Source of the DNA: Trichoplax adhaerens
Lineage: Eukaryota; Animalia; Placozoa
Length of the DNA: 6,606 nt
Assembly: GCF_000150275.1 (NCBI RefSeq)
Contig: NW_002061180.1
Location: 1 to 6,606, forward strand
Direction: 5' to 3'
Shown here: positions 1 through 6,606 of the stretch, piece by piece
How positions within the stretch are numbered: position 1 is the stretch's first letter
Layout of the letters: every line of letters starts with the position of its first letter
Program-made: the position numbers and the translations under genes
Notes under the pieces: generated by a model
What the model was told of the DNA's origin: nothing
The model's database searches: none
What the model saw: only the letters and a program-made list of their open reading frames with translations

Positions 1-851
1 AGATACGATGGCAATTTCTTTACATTCCATATCGATACTAGTAGATTACTCGTTCAAATGAACGGAAACATACGTATATCTGTACAAAGTCATACATTAG
101 AAGAAAATTCATAGCTGGATTTTCTTACTATACAGTATATGCTTCCAAGATAGAGCTATTTTTTAATTTATAACTATAGTATATCTGCTAGAGACAGATT
201 TTAGCATGATTTAAAAAAGCGCTAAAAACAGAGAGTATGCGAAAATCTAGATGTAATTGTACTTAATAAATCAAATATTCTTGAGAATTATTTTATAGTA
301 TTTACATATAGTAACGTAGCTTAAGCGATATCGTATTTCTCGCTAGTTTTACAGACGATAGAGATTTAGCGTATTAGTAGCTACAACGCTCTATGAGTAA
401 GACATATTTGCTATCCATAGTAGTTAAAATACAACTTTAAAAACTGCTACTTTAAAGTTAATATTTCAGCTATTGTCCACGTTACGGTAATGTTAATTAA
501 CTTACATTAACGAGAATATTTCGTTGCCTATGCTAGAAAAAAATGTATTCATATCCGCATACAGCGTATTACTTTGTGCCCTTGTAGCTTTGATCGAATA
601 TCGAATTCTATGTATAAGGCGATGTCATAAAGACTAATATTTTATTTATACTTTCAAGATAAAATCATGTGGTTACTATTTTAGAATTGAATTACTACGT
701 GACTGTACTCATAATTAATGAAAAGAGTTAAAATCAGCTTTGTAACTTCTGAATCGACACCTAACTTAGTTATAGATTATCTGAAGATAATTGATTAATT
801 TACTTATATCTCACTGGCATTAACTAGCTTTTTATTGATTGTATGAATTAG
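1..851 (+). other. 3' part of a spliceosomal intron of BBOX copy A
   Basis: AT-rich with no ORF. It ends in a T-rich tract and TAG directly before the IFMLHC exon. I found no HTD-containing exon within it, so the upstream exon is probably outside the window. Confidence 0.7.
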
Positions 852-1048
852 ATATTCATGCTGCATTGTGTAACAGCAGCTAAGCAAGGAGGCGAGAGCC
901 AATTTACGGACGGATTTAAAGCTGCTGAGCAATTGAGGGCCAGTCATCCTCAATATTTTAAAATATTAGCGGAAACTCCTGTTGAGCACGAAGATACTGG
1001 CACTGACTCTTATGAATTTAGTCTTACGGCTGAACATCCAATTATTCG
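852..1048 (+). CDS. BBOX1: BBOX1-like dioxygenase copy A, internal coding exon (197 nt; phase 0 start, phase 2 end)
   Basis: The acceptor is ...gaattag|ATA at 850-851 and the donor is CG|gtaatt at 1049. The exon translates as IFMLHCVTAAKQGGESQFTDGFKAAEQLRASHPQYFKILAETPVEHEDTGTDSYEFSLTAEHPIIR. This is colinear with recalled human BBOX1 VQLLHCIKQTVTGGDSEIVDGF...FSVQSKHKIIE. The ORF-track start (858) and stop (1050-1052) are artefacts of the splice boundaries. Confidence 0.9.
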
Positions 1049-1133
1049 GTAATTGCAATATGTAACAATAAACTACGATATAAGTAACTATGGTAGTTAT
1101 CGAATCTATTAGATAAATAACTTACAAGTTTAA

Positions 1134-1552
1134 NNNNNNNNNNNNNNNNNNNNNNNNNNNNNNNNNNNNNNNNNNNNNNNNNNNNNNNNNNNNNNNNNNN
1201 NNNNNNNNNNNNNNNNNNNNNNNNNNNNNNNNNNNNNNNNNNNNNNNNNNNNNNNNNNNNNNNNNNNNNNNNNNNNNNNNNNNNNNNNNNNNNNNNNNNN
1301 NNNNNNNNNNNNNNNNNNNNNNNNNNNNNNNNNNNNNNNNNNNNNNNNNNNNNNNNNNNNNNNNNNNNNNNNNNNNNNNNNNNNNNNNNNNNNNNNNNNN
1401 NNNNNNNNNNNNNNNNNNNNNNNNNNNNNNNNNNNNNNNNNNNNNNNNNNNNNNNNNNNNNNNNNNNNNNNNNNNNNNNNNNNNNNNNNNNNNNNNNNNN
1501 NNNNNNNNNNNNNNNNNNNNNNNNNNNNNNNNNNNNNNNNNNNNNNNNNNNN
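1134..1552. other. Assembly gap (419 N) within the intron and exon region of copy A
   Basis: Continuous run of N, seen directly. Confidence 0.99.
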
Positions 1553-1835
1553 AATAGATGTGCCTCATTATAAATTGACAGACTTTTATAATGCTATGAC
1601 GCAATTTTTAAGATATGCTTACAGTCCGGCTAATATTATACAATTTAAGCTGCAACCTGGAACCTTGATTTCTGTCGATAATTTTCGTGTTTTGCATGGT
1701 AGAACGGCTTTTGTTGTGTCTCCAGATAATTTTAGACATGTTGAAGGTGGACACGTTGATTGGGATGGAGCAATATCTTGTATGAGAGTACTAGAGAAAG
1801 AACTTAACATAGATTATAGAACTCCTAACATTTAG
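1553..1835 (+). CDS. BBOX1: BBOX1-like dioxygenase copy A, terminal coding exon (5' boundary at or within the N gap; stop TAG 1833-1835)
   Basis: Reading from 1554 gives IDVPHYKLTDFYNAMTQF...KLQPGTLISVDNFRVLHGRTAF...RHVEGGHVDWD...PNI*. It contains the DNxRxLHGR motif with the distal Fe-binding His (1695-1697) and the 2OG-binding Arg residues (1701-1703, 1734-1736). The ORF-track 'M' at 1560 is an internal GTG (Val). Confidence 0.9.
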
Positions 1836-2008
1836 TTTGTTAGTTTTAATAGCTAGAATAGAGTGTTGTTTGGGTATTGATAACTCTACATGGATTTTAA
1901 CTTAATATTATAAGATTATTCATGATTTCTTGCTATTTAAAACTTTTACATCCTAGGTTATCAAGTATATTTTATAGATCGGAAGCAGATTTTTAGTAAA
2001 ATTTTTTT

Positions 2009-2014
2009 ATTAAA
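2009..2014 (+). terminator. Candidate polyadenylation signal (ATTAAA) for copy A; alternative AATAAA at 2298-2303
   Basis: The hexamer is about 175 nt after the stop codon and is followed by G/T-rich sequence. Such hexamers are common by chance in DNA this AT-rich. Confidence 0.25.
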
Positions 2015-4846
2015 ATATCTGGTTTAGCTTAACGCATACGTTATGTGCTTATTACTATAAGCACGGTTTAACTCAACCGTATCGGCTATTTGCTAACATT
2101 AATAGCTATATGATTGGTATAATCTCTAAGTTATATATGTTTGTCAGCGCTACTAGATTTACTAATTAATAGTAATTTCGGTCTTTTTAGGCAATGTATG
2201 TTTTTTCTATCGTCAGTTCACTATATCTATCAGGTTTGTTGAATGCTTCTATACGATGTAGAAATACACGATTGACTTTGATGATATTTTTGTTATTAAT
2301 AAAATTATATAAACTAGATAGATTTATTACATTATATTCCTACGCTTCGTTCGGAGTTAATTCGAATCTAAGATAAATCAAAGCAACTTCTATGATTTGA
2401 TTATATGCTTTATTTATTATTTATATAATATATCGCATTTGTAAGAATTTATACAATTATTGCTGTAGCATTAATCGGAAAATTATAGAAAGAAAATTAA
2501 TTTAATAATTATTTAAGAATAACACGATAGACTAGAATTTGGCCAATCTGTAAGAAGATTATAACATGATATCCTTATTTCGCGTATTATCATTAACTAT
2601 CAGTAAATTCGAGCATATACCGAAAGTTGAAAGTTCTGTTATAGTAGCATTATGATATTTATGCCATTACTTATACTCTTAAACTATAATTAGTGAATAG
2701 GTAGCATAAATACTGCCTATGTTAATAATTGGATGCAGAGATTTCATAGGAAGGTTATTACAAGGTTGTAGTAGTCAATGATGGAAATTATGTCGAGTTT
2801 CCGATATTTAAGTCCAACCACAATAGTAAGAGAGGGCAATATGACAGTATTAAAACTTACAAGTAGTAATACTAATAAGATTAATAATTATAATTTGGCA
2901 TTTTCAAAAGAAGCCTTTTGTAATGTTATTCAACAGGTATTAAACAAACGAGGATATTTCGGTAATTTTTTCTATTTATAAATCAATTTACGATAGCAGA
3001 TGTTCTAATTACACAGATGTCACAATTTCACTTCTGCGACAAGGTAACGTACAGTAAAAGTTTATAAGTAGCTACTGACTTAAACGCCCTTTTACTTAAC
3101 GTTAAACACACACAGCAAAAGACTGTAAAGATGAAGCTTTTATTAGCAAAGATACATCTACAACTTTTTACCACCCTCTCAACTCANATATTCCCGTTTA
3201 TATAGGAACCGTCTAATTTGTAAACAACATTATTATTATTATACCTTACTAGGAGAATCATCTCGAACTAAGATGCTCCTTACATAGCTTTTCTATCAGT
3301 AAATATTTTAAATCTCTTACTCATACTTAATCTTAATCTAAGCTCGTAGGTTGCCTAATTAAACTATCATCAGCTAGAACTTGAATCATCCTACTGCTAT
3401 CTATCACACAATAACAATCAATATCAAATATATAATGAACTATTACAAACAACATTAACGTTAAGGCATTACTTATCTTACCTAGCACTACAAATATGGA
3501 TATTCTCCATACTAGCTACTACTGTACTTATTAAACTATCCTAATGACAAGGCAACATCGTAACAACAGAAAATATAGGTATCGCTAGTATTGGGAAGAT
3601 ATCGGATCGTTTAAACGTCATTGTGACGGAGCTCGCTCCGAAATGAATAATATTTTGATCTAATACGTGTAATAATGTTATTATGGAGGTTGCCGATCTC
3701 GACAACAACCTAGTTGTTAATTGAGTTTTGTTATTAATTATCGTAGTAATATACAGCGTAGATATTGTGTTAGCAATTAAAATGTCAAGCTGTGAAGATT
3801 ATTATGTTAGTTAATAAGGTGCTAATTAATAATCTTAATTAGTGGCAGGTATTAAGTAGCACTCGATCTAGTCGGATCTATAGAAAGCTTGTATTGCACA
3901 GTATATAATTTAATGTGAAAGATTAGCACCGGAATTATTTGTGTGACACATGAAACTGTATATAAGCTTGATTATTACTTTTTAATCTCAGTTCCACTGA
4001 GGCTAACGTAGAGTACACTAGTGTAATAATATCTTCTTTAAGTAGCGTAAAGTATTTTAAGGTAGACGATGATAGAAGGTATAAAGGATTTTATTGAGAT
4101 ACAAGTTATAGGCTAACAATGATATAGTTGTTATAGATAAGGTATTTGAGATAGCAGGAACGTAGGAACTAACTAACGAGTTAGCTTACAAGGGTATTTA
4201 TAGGTTTTAGATGAGATTGAGATAATGTCTTTATATGTATAGCATGTCGTCTATATGTCGTCATGATATCGTATGTTACGAATGTAATGCAATACAGTAC
4301 TTAAATGGTATATGATCAGTATTCGTATATTAGGATATTACTATACTAGGCATCTTCTATATAAGATCATAATGTTACAACTAGTACAAGCGTAAACGGG
4401 CTAGTAATAAAGATATTTATTAACCTAAACCTATCGTTTGGCTCGATTACTATAGTATAGGAATAAGTTAGTTTTCCCTTACTGAGGACCTCCGGAGTTA
4501 GTCGGAGAACCATAAGAATAGATAGACTAGTTTAGGTACGATCACGAAAGCTGTTTTGTGACAGTCATTATATCATATGCACGTATGCATCATTATTAGT
4601 GGTTTAAAGTATATTAAAAATCTACAATATTATAATAGAGACGAATGCAGCCTTATCTGATCATTGACCTATACATATTCATGGTCAAGTTATTGGAAAA
4701 ATAATAAAAATATAGTTATGCAGTATTAATTGCATTTACCTTGCTATAATAGAATCAGAATTAGATAGATAGTAGGGAGACAGATAATGCAATTTATTAA
4801 TGATAATTATACATGTATAATTGGCAATTACGGTATACAAGATCAG

Positions 4847-4966
4847 GTAATTACTAATAGGAAGATATTTGCTTAATATAACTTATTACAACTCCTTGCA
4901 TCCACGACAATCAAATTACAGTTTATAATCTTGAAGTAGCTAACCTTTATCTGGTTGCAATTCTAG
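4847..4966 (+). other. Putative 5'-UTR intron of BBOX copy B (120 nt)
   Basis: CAG|GTAATT donor at 4847, CTAAC branch-point consensus at 4940-4944, and a pyrimidine-rich tract ending TTCTAG at 4966, 58 nt before the ATG. Confidence 0.4.
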
Positions 4967-5024
4967 CCTTCATTCATTTACAACAGTCCGACATTAAATT
5001 TAGTCCAATATCTTTGATTAAATC

Positions 5025-5680
5025 ATGGCCATGTTTTCGTCTACAATAATCAACAGTTTGTTCCGCGCATCTCGAAGTGCAGTTAAATACTCTTCTTCCA
5101 ACTTAATTCGTCGCCCATATTGGCCATCTCTTAAGCTACATTATTCGATACAAGTTGAAAATCGAGTTCAAGATAAACTAATATCTGTAACATGGGACGA
5201 TGGTAAAACTACAAATTATCCCCATATCTTTCTTCGCGATAATTGTCGTTGTTCGTCTTGCTTCGATCCTCAAACTCAGCAACGTTCTATCTCTAATGCT
5301 GTATATCACAACTATGCTAATGCAACAATAAAGACAGCCCGAGTAGACGATAAAAACGATAAATTATACTTAGAATGGATAGACGATGGCGAACATACAA
5401 CTAGTAATTTTGAATTAGATTGGTTAAAAGCTCATCGATCTATCACTTATGATGATATTGAAGTTAATCCAGTTACCAAACAGCTATGGGGTAGCGAAAT
5501 GAAAAACAATTTACCACAATTCGATTATAATAAAATATTAAATGACGATTCAGAATTACATCGATGGGTGCGTTGTATGTTAAAAGTAGGCATTTCATTG
5601 CTCGTCGGTTTACCAGAAGACATCGGTCAAGTCAAAAAGTTCGTCAATAGGGTAGCATATCTTCGCAAGACATGCTATGG
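5025..5680 (+). CDS. BBOX1: BBOX1-like dioxygenase copy B, first coding exon (N-terminal extension, Zn-binding GBBH-like N domain, start of catalytic domain)
   Basis: The ATG is in a strong context (aatcATGG). The exon encodes WDDG..YPHIFLRDNCRCSSC, with the CxCxxC Zn motif at 5244-5261 and a His at 5394-5396. It also encodes FELDWLK, LWGSE..LPQFDY, KVGI and YLRKTCYG. It ends at the donor GG|gtaggc (5681), phase 2; the ORF-track stop lies inside this donor. Confidence 0.92.
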
Positions 5681-6398
5681 GTAGGCATAATAAACATAAA
5701 TTACTTGTAATTTATATAAAATAAATGATGTTAGTTTTCTCAGTGATCTCGAAAATAAATTCACGTCTGTGACATTCATTAATTAATGCATCATCAATAT
5801 TATAATTTTGTTGTGTGATGAATCATATGTTGACACCTAACTACTAATTAACTAATATTAAATGTCATAGAAAGTGTGTTGTGATTCTGGCTATAATAAG
5901 TATGTAGACTGGGTTATTAATTAATTACTGTTTTTGCACCAACGAAGTTGGTGAGGATATATAAAGTCTCAAAGTTCTTAATTGAGAGTCAGTTACGTTA
6001 GTCGATGACAGATGGTTATCAGTTGCTAGTCGTAATTGTAAGTTGTGCGTTCAATCGGACATTTTAATAAAATAGCTTCTAGAATAAAGTTTTGATCCTT
6101 AACGTGAGTAATCTATCGTCTAAGACTCGAATCTAAGTTTGGTTGATTAAAGAGTGCTTAGAGTTAGTTGCTTAGATAGTTAAGTCTACTTTAGAGGAAA
6201 GAATCCCGTTTAATTCTTGTGTTACAATCTCGGTTGTGACAACGTCTAAACATTTTTATCTTAATCGTCAATACGATATGACAATCTCTTTACTAAATTC
6301 CAAAAGTGTGCGTGCAGATTAAAATCTAATGCTGATATATTTTTCATCTATAAAAGTAGATACAGTTAATGGATTAATTCTGCTTATTCAATTTATAG
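5681..6398 (+). other. GT-AG intron of BBOX copy B (718 nt, phase 2)
   Basis: Bounded by gtaggc...ttattcaatttatag. Splicing restores the family sequence TCYG-STF...AY...HTD in frame. Confidence 0.85.
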
Positions 6399-6510
6399 AT
6401 CTACGTTCAAAATACATACTGATAAAGGTGATGATCTAACGACTATTGCCTATAAAAATGGAGGACTAGCTATGCACACTGATCTTGTGTATTATGAAAG
6501 CGTTCCAGGG
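6399..6510 (+). CDS. BBOX1: BBOX1-like dioxygenase copy B, second coding exon (112 nt; absent from the ORF track); gene continues beyond the window
   Basis: The acceptor is tttatag|A at 6397-6398, and the A completes the split Gly codon GG|A. The exon reads STFKIHTDKGDDLTTIAYKNGGLAMHTDLVYYESVPG, including the Fe-binding HxD (HTD, 6475-6483). The donor is GGG|gtaata at 6511, phase 0. Confidence 0.9.
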
Positions 6511-6606
6511 GTAATATCAGATTACCTGCAATAATTGTTTCCATATTCGTTAACGTACTATGAATATTAAAATAATATTAACGAAATCAAGTAGTATCAG
6601 AATTTC
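6511..6606 (+). other. 5' part of the next intron of BBOX copy B (phase 0)
   Basis: A gtaata donor follows ...VPG. The frame then hits TAA TAA and the sequence becomes AT-rich. Confidence 0.8.

Noticed and set aside
1122-1604. 160-aa minus-strand ORF
   Set aside because: It is an artefact of translating the N gap and is antisense to the BBOX exon.
1619-1810. 63-aa minus-strand ORF
   Set aside because: It is an antisense shadow of the BBOX terminal exon with no recognisable motif.
1824-1835. Peroxisomal PTS1 at the copy A C-terminus (-PNI)
   Set aside because: It does not fit the (S/A/C)(K/R/H)(L/M) consensus.
2020-2110. tRNA interpretation of the multi-hairpin region (the minus strand ends near CCA)
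   Set aside because: There is no TTCRA T-loop, no D-loop GG and no 7-bp acceptor stem geometry on either strand.
2194-2376. 60-aa hydrophobic ORF
   Set aside because: Its composition (L, I, F, Y, S) is what T-rich non-coding DNA produces, and I recognise no homology.
2778-2981. 67-aa ORF with an internal donor-like CG|gtaatt near 2962
   Set aside because: No recognisable family and no partner exons. The length is compatible with chance, though a small exon cannot be strictly excluded.
3818-3930. MITE bounded by 9-bp inverted repeats GGTGCTAAT/ATTAGCACC
   Set aside because: No target-site duplication (taa versus gga), the repeats are short, and there is no second copy in the window.
5682-5684. 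Apparent premature stops ending the track ORFs (5682-5684 and 1050-1052), suggesting pseudogenes or readthrough
   Set aside because: Both stops lie inside GT splice donors and are removed by splicing.
6415-6423. Second HTD tripeptide in copy B exon 2
   Set aside because: It aligns with the loop region. The Fe-binding HxD is the downstream one in LAMHTDL (6475-6483).
1-6606. Prokaryotic systems such as CRISPR arrays, operons or IS elements
   Set aside because: The DNA is intron-containing and eukaryotic, with no regularly spaced repeats and no transposase-like ORF.

Overview
AT-rich eukaryotic genomic DNA, probably from an invertebrate or basal animal. It has GT-AG introns and a 419-nt assembly gap. 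The + strand carries parts of two head-to-tail gamma-butyrobetaine dioxygenase (BBOX1-like, Fe(II)/2-oxoglutarate oxygenase) genes. Copy A contributes its last exons: 852-1048 and <=1553-1835, with the missing coding piece probably inside the N gap. Copy B contributes its first two coding exons: 5025-5680 and 6399-6510. The metal and 2OG ligands that are visible are intact, but both copies differ from human BBOX1 at substrate-pocket positions, and copy B has a mitochondrial-presequence-like N-terminus. The 3.2-kb spacer has no recognisable gene. It does contain a sharp C-rich to G-rich skew switch centred on a CpG-rich cluster of overlapping palindromes (~3600-3645), four consecutive hairpins after copy A, and a plausible 5'-UTR intron of copy B. 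I see no convincing evidence of a wholly new system. The best leads are a possibly neofunctionalised BBOX tandem array and the skew-switch element. Comparisons to human BBOX1 are from memory, and all base counts are by hand.
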